Positions 1-9,907 of a stretch of 64,000 nt of DNA are shown piece after piece. The stretch comes from Candidatus Latescibacterota bacterium (GTDB taxonomy: Bacteria > Latescibacterota > UBA2968 > GCA-2709665), in NCBI GenBank assembly GCA_963662665.2, contig CAXXJS010000053.1, forward strand, positions 32,469 through 96,468, written 5' to 3'. A program made the position numbers and the translations under genes. The notes under the pieces were generated by a model. That model saw only the letters and a list, made by a program, of their open reading frames with translations, had not been told where the DNA came from and did not search any database. The first letter of the stretch is position 1. The number at the start of each line of letters is the position of its first letter.

Positions 1-3000
1 GTGGAAGGTCCCGCGGTGGATTATCTGAAAATCAGGGATGCACTGCGGGGGGAATGGGAAGACAATTATCAAGCGGCACGGAAGGAGATCACGCTGGAGG
101 TTTTGGATCGCGTCGATCGGTCCCCCATGGAGCGTGCGGGAGCCGGACCGCTAAGTGTGGACGAAATCGCGAGGGCAAGGAGGAACCGGGCGACAACCGC
201 GTGGGGCAGGATTCAGGCAGAGAAAATCCTGCAGGACGCCTCCTGGTGGCTGGACAAGGACGATGAGTTCATCTACGGGATGATACCCACTCAAAATCCC
301 CGAGCGATATCGCCCAGTTACGAACGGGGCTGTCCGATCCACGGCGGAGGCCGCAAATGCATGCGGACAAATACGTCGCTGGAGTACCGCTGGCAGTGTG
401 TAATTGGAGGAGAGTGGTGGTACAACGGGGCCATCGTACACAATCCGGCCACGGGAGAGCCGGTGGAGGTGCGGGACGAGGATGACGGCTGGATCGCGCC
501 GGAGGGTTTCGCCAACCCGGGAACGATCTACCACTTCAATTCCGCGTGGCGATACTACGTTCTCTCGAAGCTGTTCTTTCATCCCTACGAGTTGACGATC
601 CATTCTCGAAATGCCTATACCGGCGATACGGCTGTGCTTCAACTGTCACGCGCCTTTGCAATTACGGGCGACGACCGGTACGCGCACAGAGCCGGCGTTA
701 TGCTGAACCGGCTGGCGGAGGTCTACCGATTCTACAACGGCACGGTTGACGAACAGCGTCCGCTCACGCGCGGCTATGTGGTACAGGTGAGCTGGGAAGA
801 AATGCTGATTTATAACTGTATGGTTGCCTGCGACATTGTGATGGACTCGATGTTGAATGACGATGCGCTTCTGACATTTTTCGGGTCAAAAGGTGAATGC
901 GACTACAATTCCGACGGACGGGTGGATTTCGAGGATATCCGTTACAATATCCGGCACAATCTGTTCGGCTACATGTATGAGTGGCTGCACCGGGCTATGG
1001 CGATCCAGACCGGGGACTATATTATCCGGGAGGGGCTGGTGCTCTGGGCTCTTGGCGAAATGCTCGGCAATGAGGAACTGGTTGACGAGGCCGTCGAAGG
1101 GCGGTACGGACTGGCCGTCAATCTGACCAACAACACGTTCCGGGATGGCAAGTGGTGGTACGACGCACCCGGTTACTCGGTGAGTTCGATAACGCGAACG
1201 ATTCTGGATCGGTTGTTTTCGATGAAAGCAACGGCCAGGCAACCGGATTCCCGTCTTCGAATCCGGGAGTCCATAGAGTTCGCCCGGAACATCTACTGCG
1301 ACGGCAGGATTCCCGCAATCGGGGATACGGGGGGCGGCGATTCCAGGATCAAGGTGCTGGATCCGCTCGTCAATTGCGATATTGAGGAACTGGCATATAT
1401 CCATACAGGGGATGACGATTATCGGAACCGTCTGCTCGCTGTGTCCCAGGGAGACGTGGACGGGATCAGAGAGCGATACGCCGATGCCAACCTGCTGTTT
1501 CACGCGGAGCCCATTCGCGGAGCAACCGGGCCGTACGTGCCGCGCACGACGATCTTTCACGATTCGGGCATCGCGATCCTGAGAACGGGAAGCGATATCG
1601 CAACGAGGAAGCACCTCGTGATGAACTACGGGAAGGGCAGCAGCGGGCACGGACACCGGGACAAGCTGGGGATCAACATGATCGCTTTCGGGTATGATCT
1701 GGCTTGCGACCTGGGGTATCCAACCACCTTTACCCACGATAAGGTGGACGGCTGGGAGAAGCATACCGCCAGCCACGCAACCGTCTGCATCGACGGGCAG
1801 GCTCAGGAGATCGCCACGGGCAGCCTTGGGTTCTACGGACGTACGCCCGGAATGCAGGCCGTCTGTGCATCGGGAGAACGTGCTTATCCAGGATGTGCGG
1901 AGGTCTACGAACGGACGCTTGTGATGGTGGATGCGCCCGGCTCGGACACGTACGTCGTCGACCTGTTCCGCGTGAAAGGGGGATCCACGCGCGACTATAT
2001 GTTCCGAAGTCTGAGCGGAAATGACGGTGAGAATTTCAGGCTGGAAGTCCCGACGGGCACTGAGACGGTGCGACAGGTCCGGGGTACTGCCGCGGGAGAA
2101 GACGTCGCATTCGGGACGTCGCCGGGATTGGGATTCATCAGGGACGTGAGCCGGACGGTGTGTGATGGAATGTGGTCGGCCGCGTGGCGGGCGGGGGACG
2201 AGGAGAATACCGGCATCCGGCTTACGATGATCGGGCAGCCCGGCAGTGAGATTGTAAGCGGCAAGGGAGAAGGATTCGGGTTTTTCGGACAGAGTCCCTG
2301 GGACGCCTGTGTGGCGGTCAGACAATCGGCTGGAGGCGGCGAGTCGATCTTCGCGGGCGTGCTGGAGCCGTTCCAGGGCGAACCCTTCGTCAGGTCGGTG
2401 GAAGCGTTGGAAGTCTCCGGGGGCATCGGCGCAAGGATCCGCCTCGACGGACGAGTTGATTACGTACTTCACCGGTTGGAGAAGGGGGCGGTCTGCACGG
2501 CGGAGATTGACGAAATACCCGTGTCTTTCGACGCGGAAGTGGCGAGGATTTCCATGTATGACTCCGGCCGGCGCGGCCTGGACTTCGTACAGGGTATCCG
2601 GCTGCGATTTGGAGACGAGGTCCTCGAATGCGGGCCAATACCGGCCGGCCGGATCGAGGCGATCGATCCGGAAGACCGCTTCGTTGTTGTGGCCTTGGAT
2701 TCCGGGGACGGGATCGTGGAAGGAGACGTGGTCGTCTTCAGGAATCCCGCCTATACCTGTAATTCCAGCTATGAGGTCCTCACCGCTGAAGCGATGGGCT
2801 CGAACAGGTACAGGCTGGGATTGCACATGTCCTTCAATCTGTCGGAGGGCGTCGTGCAGTCCGTGGATTCGGCGAGAGGCCTGTTCGCGACGGACACGTG
2901 TATGACCAAGCTGAGCGCGTGCCCGGGTCTGTTTGACGGAAAGGCGATCCGCTCGGGCGGAAAAGCCGTCGGGGCGATCGAGACGGCGGGTCCCGATATC

Positions 3001-3195
3001 CTGAAGCAGGATGAACGTCCGTTCGCGAGCGGGATGGGCGACGAGGCGTCTGCGACCGGTACGTTGAGTTATTTCCGGTTCAACGAGCCACCCCCGGATT
3101 CCGGCTTGAACGTCGGGGACCGGTTTATGGTATGCGATTTGAATGCGGGCGATCGGTTCACGGTGATGCGATCGGCCTCCCGGACCACCGCGTGA
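1..3195 (+). CDS. Heparinase II/III-like polysaccharide lyase family protein (probably 5'-truncated by window edge)
   Basis: 1064-aa ORF with the family-type segment GHGHRDKLGI...DLGY...HTASHATVCIDG and DSGIAILR. Confidence 0.75.
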   Translation: MEGPAVDYLKIRDALRGEWEDNYQAARKEITLEVLDRVDRSPMERAGAGPLSVDEIARARRNRATTAWGRIQAEKILQDASWWLDKDDEFIYGMIPTQNPRAISPSYERGCPIHGGGRKCMRTNTSLEYRWQCVIGGEWWYNGAIVHNPATGEPVEVRDEDDGWIAPEGFANPGTIYHFNSAWRYYVLSKLFFHPYELTIHSRNAYTGDTAVLQLSRAFAITGDDRYAHRAGVMLNRLAEVYRFYNGTVDEQRPLTRGYVVQVSWEEMLIYNCMVACDIVMDSMLNDDALLTFFGSKGECDYNSDGRVDFEDIRYNIRHNLFGYMYEWLHRAMAIQTGDYIIREGLVLWALGEMLGNEELVDEAVEGRYGLAVNLTNNTFRDGKWWYDAPGYSVSSITRTILDRLFSMKATARQPDSRLRIRESIEFARNIYCDGRIPAIGDTGGGDSRIKVLDPLVNCDIEELAYIHTGDDDYRNRLLAVSQGDVDGIRERYADANLLFHAEPIRGATGPYVPRTTIFHDSGIAILRTGSDIATRKHLVMNYGKGSSGHGHRDKLGINMIAFGYDLACDLGYPTTFTHDKVDGWEKHTASHATVCIDGQAQEIATGSLGFYGRTPGMQAVCASGERAYPGCAEVYERTLVMVDAPGSDTYVVDLFRVKGGSTRDYMFRSLSGNDGENFRLEVPTGTETVRQVRGTAAGEDVAFGTSPGLGFIRDVSRTVCDGMWSAAWRAGDEENTGIRLTMIGQPGSEIVSGKGEGFGFFGQSPWDACVAVRQSAGGGESIFAGVLEPFQGEPFVRSVEALEVSGGIGARIRLDGRVDYVLHRLEKGAVCTAEIDEIPVSFDAEVARISMYDSGRRGLDFVQGIRLRFGDEVLECGPIPAGRIEAIDPEDRFVVVALDSGDGIVEGDVVVFRNPAYTCNSSYEVLTAEAMGSNRYRLGLHMSFNLSEGVVQSVDSARGLFATDTCMTKLSACPGLFDGKAIRSGGKAVGAIETAGPDILKQDERPFASGMGDEASATGTLSYFRFNEPPPDSGLNVGDRFMVCDLNAGDRFTVMRSASRTTA

Positions 3196-3204
3196 ATATT
3201 CGCA

Positions 3205-3325
3205 ACAAAGAAATGGCCATTACCAGAGGCCCCGAGGTAGTGGTATTTGCGGGCTGACTATCGACTGAACGACTTTCAGGTGCCGCTAAAGGTTGGCTAC
3301 CTCTGGTGCCTGGGCAATGGCTTGC
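3205..3325 (-). ncRNA. Candidate structured small RNA (~120 nt), family unassigned
   Basis: Long rod-like fold (GCCAUUGCC/GGUAAUGGC, GAGGUAG/CUACCUC, GCGG/CCGC, CUGAA/UUCAG) directly downstream of a TTGACA-N17-TATCTT promoter, ending in a U-rich tail; no ORF. Confidence 0.55.
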
Positions 3326-3330
3326 GTGAC

Positions 3331-3359
3331 AAGATAGACCGGCTTTGGCGGGATGTCAA
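3331..3359 (-). promoter_or_regulatory. Sigma70-type promoter for the candidate small RNA
   Basis: TTGACA (3359-3354), 17-nt spacer, TATCTT (3336-3331); same -10 as the thi operon promoter. Confidence 0.6.
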
Positions 3360-3397
3360 TCAGAAAGCAACGATCCATCCGATGGGCCCGTAAAACC

Positions 3398-3510
3398 GTG
3401 AGACGTTAGACATGAGACGGTAGAAGACGTCCTTGCCCGACTGGTTCTTCCTTTGTGCCGCTGGCAGGAAATGAAACCGCACGGGCACTCGTATCATCTC
3501 CCGTTTCCCC
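3398..3510 (+). repeat. Dispersed intergenic repeat family A, copy 1
   Basis: Heptamer-like gtgagac/gttagac/atgagac lead, then core GACGTCCTTGCCCGA-TGGTTCTTCCTT...GGCA..AAATGAAACCGCAC shared with four other sites. Confidence 0.8.
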
Positions 3511-3550
3511 CAGGGGTGAGGGGCTGCGCAGGGGTGTCGGCCCTATAGAC

Positions 3551-3874
3551 TTACGTCAACTTGCCATGCACCGCGATCCAGATGCAGGGCGGATCTGCGC
3601 TGGTGTATTCCACGCGGTGTTTCCTGTGGGCGGTTATCAGGAGATGGTCGCCCGCGCTCAGGCTTACGTTCGGACCGTGCTCAATGGCCAGGACGGCCTT
3701 GCCCTGCAGGAGAACGACCCATTCGTCCCGCTCCTGGTCGTACCACTCACCCGGCGGCGTGACCTGTCCGGAGGACACGATGCGTTCAATGAGCACGCCC
3801 CGGTCCGGGACAAGGCTGGCGAACAGCTCTTCATTCCCGAGAGGGGCGGGGAGTTCGTAAATGTTGGTCGTCAT
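3551..3874 (-). CDS. Cupin domain protein
   Basis: IERIVSSGQVTPPGEWYDQERDEWVVLLQGKA...GDHLLITAHRKHRVEYT cupin motifs; start at MTTNIY. Confidence 0.8.
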   Translation of the reverse strand: MTTNIYELPAPLGNEELFASLVPDRGVLIERIVSSGQVTPPGEWYDQERDEWVVLLQGKAVLAIEHGPNVSLSAGDHLLITAHRKHRVEYTSADPPCIWIAVHGKLT

Positions 3875-4511
3875 CGTTCCGGGTTCGACCTTCCTGTATG
3901 AGGTTGTTAAGATTCCGGCAAGCGGCTTCAGGGTCGGCGTGGCAGCAGACGGCTGATATAACGGCGACGCCGTGGGCGCCGGACGGCACCACCGCGGCCG
4001 CGTTTCCTGCGTTGATACCGCCGATGGCAATCACGGGCGCCCGGACGGCGCGGGCGAAATCGGCCAGCTTGTCCAGTCCCTGCGCGTTGCCGGCGTCGCT
4101 CTTCGAGCCGGTTGGAAAGACGGGCCCGAATCCCACGTAATCCGCGCCGTCCGCCATGCCCCGCCGGGCTTCATGGAGATTCCCTGCTGACAGGCCGATG
4201 ATCCGATCGGCGCCCAGAAGATTCCTGGCAAGCGCAACCGGGAAATCGTCCTGGCCCAGGTGTACGCCGTCGGCATCGGCGGCGAGTGCGACGTCGACTC
4301 TGTCGTTGACAATGAGGGGGACGCCGGACCCCGCGCAGATGTCCCGTATGGCTCGAGCGGTCTCGATCATCTCGCGGGTATGCCCGTTTTTCTGGCGGTA
4401 CTGCACGGCGTCCGCGCCGCCGGCGACGGCCATTCGGGCCAGTTCGGCATGGGTGTGGCGGGACTGCAGCACGGTATCCGTGAGAACGTGGAGAGAGCCG
4501 ATTCTCTTCAT
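3831..4511 (-). CDS. thiE: Thiamine-phosphate synthase
   Basis: VQYRQK, LIVNDRVDVA, GVHLGQDD, GPVFPTGSK, AIGGI motifs; in thi operon. Confidence 0.92.
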   Translation of the reverse strand: MKRIGSLHVLTDTVLQSRHTHAELARMAVAGGADAVQYRQKNGHTREMIETARAIRDICAGSGVPLIVNDRVDVALAADADGVHLGQDDFPVALARNLLGADRIIGLSAGNLHEARRGMADGADYVGFGPVFPTGSKSDAGNAQGLDKLADFARAVRAPVIAIGGINAGNAAAVVPSGAHGVAVISAVCCHADPEAACRNLNNLIQEGRTRNDDDQHLRTPRPSRE

Positions 4512-5305
4512 TATTCGCGGTCGAGGAAGAAGAAGTGATGGGTGGGGCCGGGTCCGCGACCGATGGAAAGGCCGTGGCGAATGGCTTCGGTGACGTAGGA
4601 TTTCGCGTTTTCAATTGCCCGTACGAGTCGCTGACCCCTAGCGAGGTTTGCCGCAATGGCGGCGGAGAGGGTACAACCCGTACCGTGCGTATTCCTGAAC
4701 GGAAGTCGTTCGCCTGAAAAAACGGTTTCTTCGGATCCGTCGAAGAGCACGTCCGCAGTGGAATGCGGATCGGACAGGTGGCCGCCTTTTACGAGCACTG
4801 CCCCGGGGCCGGCATCGTAGATGATTCGCGCGGCCGCTTTCGCGTGGTCCGGGGAATCGACGGGTATTCCTGCCAAAACCTGAGCCTCGGCCAGATTGGG
4901 CGTGACAAGCGTGGCCATGGGCAGGAGGCGTCGTTTAACGTCCGCGACGGCGTCAGGTTCAAGCAGGGCGAAGCCGCTCGTGGACACCATAACCGGGTCC
5001 ACCACCAGATTGGACACCTGATGTTCGGCGAGTTTATCCGCGACGGCGTTGACCGTCTGCCCCGATGAGAGCATGCCGGTCTTGACCGCAGAAACTTCGA
5101 AGTCATCGAATATCGCGTCGATCTGGGTCTCGATAAGGTCCGCGGGCAGGTCGAACGACCTCCTGACCTCCCTCGTGTTCTGGGCGGTAATCGCGGTGAC
5201 GACCGACAGGCCGTATACGCCGTTGGCGTGAAAGGATTTGAGGTCGGCCTGGAGGCCTGCGCCTCCGCCGGAATCGGACCCGGCAATGGAGAGTACCTGT
5301 TTCAT
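4511..5305 (-). CDS. thiD: Hydroxymethylpyrimidine/phosphomethylpyrimidine kinase
   Basis: [40 protein letters not shown]. Confidence 0.95.
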   Translation of the reverse strand: MKQVLSIAGSDSGGGAGLQADLKSFHANGVYGLSVVTAITAQNTREVRRSFDLPADLIETQIDAIFDDFEVSAVKTGMLSSGQTVNAVADKLAEHQVSNLVVDPVMVSTSGFALLEPDAVADVKRRLLPMATLVTPNLAEAQVLAGIPVDSPDHAKAAARIIYDAGPGAVLVKGGHLSDPHSTADVLFDGSEETVFSGERLPFRNTHGTGCTLSAAIAANLARGQRLVRAIENAKSYVTEAIRHGLSIGRGPGPTHHFFFLDRE

Positions 5306-5967
5306 GACGGCAGAGAATGACGGGCGCAGGGTGCTGAAGCCCAGGCCTCCAGATAGGCGCTCACGGCGCACGAGATTTTTTCGGCGGCGAGGATGCCCGA
5401 CATGACGGCAACGCCCGTTACGCCCTCGCGTTTGCACGCGGCGACCCGCCCCGGTGTGATGCCGCCCAGGGCATAGACGGGAAGGGATGAGAACCCGGTA
5501 GCAAGGCGAAGTGCCGTGGGACCCGCGCCGGGACCGTATCCCGGTTTCGAGCCCGGACTGTGGATAGGGCTGAACGTGATAAAATCCGCGCCGTCGGCCC
5601 TTCGGCATTCCGTTCGGCTGTGGGTTGAACGGCCGATGAGCAGGTCGTTACCGTAATGTTGACGAATGATGGATGGGGAGGGCCCGTCTGCCGGAAGGTG
5701 CACGCCCGCCGCGCCGGTCTCGCAGGCAAGCCCTGCATGCGTATTGATGAGCAGGCGCGCGCCGTAATTCTCGACCCGGCGCTGGATACGGGCCGCCAGT
5801 TGACGCAGCGTGCGGATTTCGAGGCATTTTTCCCGCAACTGGACGAGGCGGACACCGGCGTCGAGCGCTTCCGAGAGAACGTCGTCAAGCGCACGTGGCG
5901 CGCAAGTCTCCCGGTCTGCTATCAGATAGAGCGGTGGCAACCCTGTCGCATGCGCTGTCTCATTCAT
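5302..5967 (-). CDS. ThiE/TenI-family protein (second thiamine-phosphate synthase or thiazole tautomerase)
   Basis: [26 protein letters not shown]; lacks the canonical NDR motif (INTH), consistent with TenI-like. Confidence 0.75.
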   Translation of the reverse strand: MNETAHATGLPPLYLIADRETCAPRALDDVLSEALDAGVRLVQLREKCLEIRTLRQLAARIQRRVENYGARLLINTHAGLACETGAAGVHLPADGPSPSIIRQHYGNDLLIGRSTHSRTECRRADGADFITFSPIHSPGSKPGYGPGAGPTALRLATGFSSLPVYALGGITPGRVAACKREGVTGVAVMSGILAAEKISCAVSAYLEAWASAPCARHSLPS

Positions 5968-6739
5968 GGCTGACCGCGCCCTCCATGGGCGTGGATGCCG
6001 TGGCATAGAGTTTCTGAGGGATGCGTCCGGCCTCGAAAGCGAGGCGGCCCGCACGGACGGCGTGGCCCATGGCTTCCGCCATTCGCACGGGGTGGCGGGC
6101 GCCGGCCACCGCTGTATTCAGCATGACGCCGTCGCAGCCGATTTCCATCGCTACGGCGGCATCGGAGGCGGTGCCCACCCCGGCGTCGACAATAACGGGG
6201 AGGTCGACCGCGTCCAGGATAATGCGGAGATTGTAGGGGTTGCGGATGCCCATACCGGAGCCGATGGGGGCGCCGAGCGGCATCACCGCGTCGCAGCCGG
6301 CGTCTTCCAGTTTCTTGCAGGTAACGGGGTCGTCGTTGCAGTAAGGCAATACTTTAAAGCCGTCTCGAATCAGCTCGTGCGCGGCCTCCAGCAACCCCGC
6401 GACGTCGGGGAAGAGGGTGTTCTCGTCGCCAATGACCTCCAGCTTGATCAGGTCGGTTTCCAGGGCTTCGCGTGCGAGTCTGGCCGTGAGCACGGCGTCC
6501 CGGGCGGTGAAACATCCAGCGGTATTCGGCAGCAGCGTATATTTCTCTCGTTCGATCAGATCGATCAGGCTCTCGCCGGAAGGATCCTCCAGGTTGATCC
6601 GCCGGATGCCAACCGTAACGATATCCGCGCCGCTGGCACGGATGGCGTCCAGCATGACCTGCATGTTGGGGTACCGCGCCGTCCCGATAATGAGGCGGGA
6701 GCCGTACGTCGTCCCCGCAATGGTCAGACCGTCAGTCAT
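5960..6739 (-). CDS. thiG: Thiazole synthase
   Basis: [40 protein letters not shown]. Confidence 0.96.
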   Translation of the reverse strand: MTDGLTIAGTTYGSRLIIGTARYPNMQVMLDAIRASGADIVTVGIRRINLEDPSGESLIDLIEREKYTLLPNTAGCFTARDAVLTARLAREALETDLIKLEVIGDENTLFPDVAGLLEAAHELIRDGFKVLPYCNDDPVTCKKLEDAGCDAVMPLGAPIGSGMGIRNPYNLRIILDAVDLPVIVDAGVGTASDAAVAMEIGCDGVMLNTAVAGARHPVRMAEAMGHAVRAGRLAFEAGRIPQKLYATASTPMEGAVSHE

Positions 6740-6864
6740 ATTTCCCTCGTTGAACAACGGTTCGGATACAGGGGTTTTTGAAGTGGATGCCCTTCCGCCC
6801 TGGTCGAAATTTACATGGCGGCGCCCACCGCGCCATCGCGCTTGCGGCGCCGCTGTTCTGTATT

Positions 6865-7071
6865 CTATCCGCCCTGAACCGCTGCGATGATGTCCACCCT
6901 GTCCCCGCTGTCCAGGCTCGTGGACGGCCACTCCGCTCTGGATACGATTTCCGCGTTGACGGCAACCGCAATACCCCTTCGGCCCGGGTCGTGCGCAAGG
7001 TCGATCAGCAGATCCCGGATGGAGATGCCGTTCCCGACGTTCCTGTTCTCTCCGTTCAGAGTGATCTGCAT
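6865..7071 (-). CDS. thiS: Sulfur carrier protein
   Basis: 68 aa MQITLNGE...AVAVNAEIV...[13 protein letters not shown] with C-terminal GG. Confidence 0.93.
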   Translation of the reverse strand: MQITLNGENRNVGNGISIRDLLIDLAHDPGRRGIAVAVNAEIVSRAEWPSTSLDSGDRVDIIAAVQGG

Positions 7072-7082
7072 GGCATGAAGTT

Positions 7083-8219
7083 TCACGCGGCGAAGCGGCC
7101 GATGCCGAAGGGCCGGATATCTTCTGGTGTGTTGCCGTTCAGCACCAGTTCCGCAATGGAGTACGCGGTGATGGGCGCGAGCAGGATTCCCTTGCGGTAG
7201 TGGCCCGTGGCCATAATGAGGCCGTGAATGGGCGTGTTGCCGAGGATAGGCGCATCGTCCCTGCTGCCCGGGCGAAGACCGGCGGCGGTTTCGATGATCG
7301 GCAGGTCGTAAATTCCCGGAACGACCTCCCAGGCGGCGCGCAGGAGCTCGAAGATACCGCCTGCCGTCAGGCTGTCGTCGAAACCCATTTCTTCGGAAGT
7401 CGCCCCCAGTACCAGACGTCCCCCGTCCTTTGGGCACAGGTAGGCGACCGCCGATGACGCGGCCCGATTGTACCATACGATGGTTTTGAGGGTGCAGTCT
7501 TCAGTCATTTGCAGGCGAAGGATCTGGCCTCGGACGGGGCGGACCGGCGGTCTGGCGAGATCGGGCAGACCCGGAATGAGACGCGACCAGCATCCCGCGG
7601 CGAGGATGATCGTGGCCGCCTGGTACGCCTTGTCTCCGGCGACAATGCCGCGGACCCGGTCCTGAGCGACGTGGATGGTTTCGACCGGTGTGGATTCCAT
7701 GAGGGACCCGCCGGCTTTGAGAAATGCCCGCCGAAGGGCTTTCACCATCAGGCGATTGTCTACCTGGTGGTCTCCAGGACACCAGACCGCGGCGCCGACC
7801 TGGGGCGAGAGCTGAGGCTCCCGCGCACGCGCCCGGCCGCCGCTCATCCATTCCACGGGCAGGCCGAGGTCCCGCTGGTAGTCGTAGCGGAAACGGAGGT
7901 ATTCGATATCGTCGCGGGTGACACCCACCAGAAGGACGCCGTCGGGGCGATAGCCCACGGATATTCCGCTTTCGGATTCGAGTTCCGCCACAAATTCCGG
8001 GAAACGCCCCAGACTCTTCAGGCCAAGCCGCAGGAGCCCTTCTTCTTCGTGACGCACCTCGGCCAGCGGCGTGAGCATACCGGCGGAAGCCCGGCTTGCT
8101 GCCTGACCCGCCCCGTCTCGATCGAAGATCAGGACGTCCCGCCCCGCCCTGGCAAGCCGCCATCCGATTCCGAGCCCGATGATGCCGGCGCCGACAATAA
8201 TGATCCGGTCAGATGGCAT
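7083..8219 (-). CDS. thiO: Glycine oxidase
   Basis: [12 protein letters not shown] motif, [24 protein letters not shown]; first gene after TPP riboswitch. Confidence 0.92.
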   Translation of the reverse strand: MPSDRIIIVGAGIIGLGIGWRLARAGRDVLIFDRDGAGQAASRASAGMLTPLAEVRHEEEGLLRLGLKSLGRFPEFVAELESESGISVGYRPDGVLLVGVTRDDIEYLRFRYDYQRDLGLPVEWMSGGRARAREPQLSPQVGAAVWCPGDHQVDNRLMVKALRRAFLKAGGSLMESTPVETIHVAQDRVRGIVAGDKAYQAATIILAAGCWSRLIPGLPDLARPPVRPVRGQILRLQMTEDCTLKTIVWYNRAASSAVAYLCPKDGGRLVLGATSEEMGFDDSLTAGGIFELLRAAWEVVPGIYDLPIIETAAGLRPGSRDDAPILGNTPIHGLIMATGHYRKGILLAPITAYSIAELVLNGNTPEDIRPFGIGRFAA

Positions 8220-8231
8220 CCGATGCATTCC

Positions 8232-8272
8232 CAAAAAAGCCGCCGCCCTCGATCTGGTCGAAAAGCGGCTGG
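8232..8272 (-). terminator. Expression-platform hairpin/terminator of TPP riboswitch
   Basis: Minus strand AGCCGC TTTTCGA CCAGA TCGAGGG C GGCGGCT followed by a T run, just before the thiO start. Confidence 0.65.
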
Positions 8273-8285
8273 GGTGCGTTTCCTC

Positions 8286-8362
8286 GACTCCCTGCGCCGG
8301 TATAATCCGGATCAGGTTCAAAGGGTATGTTCTCAGCTCGGCGGGCGAGCACCCCTGCGTTG
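8286..8362 (-). promoter_or_regulatory. TPP riboswitch aptamer
   Basis: Minus strand AGGGGTGC...GCTGAGA..ATACCCTTTGAACCTGATCCGGATTATACCGGCGCAGGGA, the THI-box consensus, upstream of thi genes. Confidence 0.95.
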
Positions 8363-8372
8363 TATTGAGACA

Positions 8373-8401
8373 AAGATAGCGGTTCGGCCGCGCTCCGTCA
8401 A
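8373..8401 (-). promoter_or_regulatory. Sigma70-type promoter of thi operon
   Basis: TTGACG-N17-TATCTT immediately upstream of the riboswitch. Confidence 0.6.
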
Positions 8402-8486
8402 GCGATTCCACTTGACATCGATTGACGATTTGTTATTAAAGGCGGTAAGACGTTAGGCGGGAGAGGATGTGAGTGCCTGAAGCGCG

Positions 8487-8660
8487 GGTAGACGTAAGAC
8501 GGGAGAAGGGAGATGATGTGAGTGCCCGTGCGGTTTCATTTCCTGCCGGAGGCATAAAGGAAGAACCAATCGAGCAAAGACCTCATCCACCGTCTCACCT
8601 CTACCCTCTCCCCGCCTTTCAGGTCTTTCATCTACTGTCTCCCTGCTCACGTCTAACCGA
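8487..8660 (-). repeat. Repeat family A, copy 2 (inverted)
   Basis: Reverse complement closely matches 3412-3500 (TGGTTCTTCCTTT.TGCC...GGCAGGAAATGAAACCGCACGGGCACTC). Confidence 0.8.
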
Positions 8661-8675
8661 ATTAAAGGGGGTTAT

Positions 8676-9872
8676 GTGGTCGATTTCACACTGAAGGTTC
8701 ACGCCGGGCCGCACCGGCGAGTCAACTGTCCGGTCTCCGTACTCGTGAAGAGATCGGGCACGATGCAAAACATCCTCGACGTCCTGGATCGAGCCGGGAA
8801 CGGGGAAAGGAATGTAAGTCTGGCTGGTTCGAGCGGCGCCACGGCCTGCCAGGTGCACGGCGAGGAGGACGGCGTTCGCGTGAGCTGGATTGTGGACGAT
8901 CTGCCGGCGGGTGAGACGGCGGACTACGAATTGGAGGTCGGTGAGTACGAGGCGTCCGGCGGCGCGGTCGAAGTGTCGGAAGCCGGCAACAGGATTCAGG
9001 TGCGGATCGACGGCGCCTACTTTACCAGCTACTGCTTCGGGAAGGACCTGGTGAGACCACACCTCTACCCGGTGATCGGACCGTACGGCGACGGAATCAC
9101 GCGTCCGCTGATCGACGAGGGCGAGGGAGACCATCATCACCACCGTTCCATCTGGATTTCGCACGGTCACGTGAACGGATGGAATAACTGGGGGGAGGGC
9201 GAGGGACACGCGTGGACCAGGCACCAGCGGTTCGAGGGCGTGGAAAGCGGCCCGGTCTACGGCCGGATCGTGTCGATCAGCAACTGGGAGGGCGCCGAGG
9301 CATGGCGCGGAGAGCACGGGTCGAACGTGATATGCGAAGAACGGGCCGAGTGGACGTTCTACCGGTCTGGTCCGGATGTACGGATCTTCGACCTCCACCT
9401 CACACTGACCGCGCCGAAGATCGACCTTCTCTTCGGTGACACGAAAGAAGGAGGCCTGGCGTCAATTCGCGTTGCCGAATCGATGGAAGTGCGATCCGGC
9501 GAAGGCGGGAAAATTGAAAACGCGATCGGGGGCGTCAACGAAGACGAGACCTGGGGTAAACGAGCCGCCTGGTGCCACTGTAACGGGCCGGTAAACGGCA
9601 ACAGCGTGGGCGTGGCCATTATGGACCATCCCGACAGTTTTCGGCATCCCACCTATTGGCACGTGCGTAACTACGGCCTGATGACGGCCAATCCTTTCGG
9701 TCACTCGCACTATTACGGCGACGCGAAACGGCGGGGGAACCACGTGCTTTCGCCAGGCGAATCACTTACCGGCCACTACAGGTTCTACGTGCACAAAGGA
9801 GACGCCGCCGAAGGTCAAATCGGACAACGCTATCACGACTTTGCCCATCCGCCCATCGTGGAGGTCGAGTAG
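8676..9872 (+). CDS. PmoA-like/DUF6807 family protein (unknown function, not a true methane monooxygenase)
   Basis: RPHLYPV, DHHHHRSIW, DTKEGG, WHVRNYGLMTANPFG motifs. Confidence 0.7.
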   Translation: MVDFTLKVHAGPHRRVNCPVSVLVKRSGTMQNILDVLDRAGNGERNVSLAGSSGATACQVHGEEDGVRVSWIVDDLPAGETADYELEVGEYEASGGAVEVSEAGNRIQVRIDGAYFTSYCFGKDLVRPHLYPVIGPYGDGITRPLIDEGEGDHHHHRSIWISHGHVNGWNNWGEGEGHAWTRHQRFEGVESGPVYGRIVSISNWEGAEAWRGEHGSNVICEERAEWTFYRSGPDVRIFDLHLTLTAPKIDLLFGDTKEGGLASIRVAESMEVRSGEGGKIENAIGGVNEDETWGKRAAWCHCNGPVNGNSVGVAIMDHPDSFRHPTYWHVRNYGLMTANPFGHSHYYGDAKRRGNHVLSPGESLTGHYRFYVHKGDAAEGQIGQRYHDFAHPPIVEVE

Positions 9873-9907
9873 AGAACATAAGCAGGGCGGAAGGCAGGTA
9901 TTGCCCG

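Noticed and set aside
886-2826. 646-aa antisense ORF, and similar long antisense ORFs (e.g. 25419-26990, 7509-8456)
   Set aside because: Shadow frames of real genes in GC-rich DNA, with no recognisable motifs
8676-9872. Particulate methane monooxygenase subunit
   Set aside because: Soluble-looking protein with no TM helices and no pmoB/pmoC; the family name is misleading
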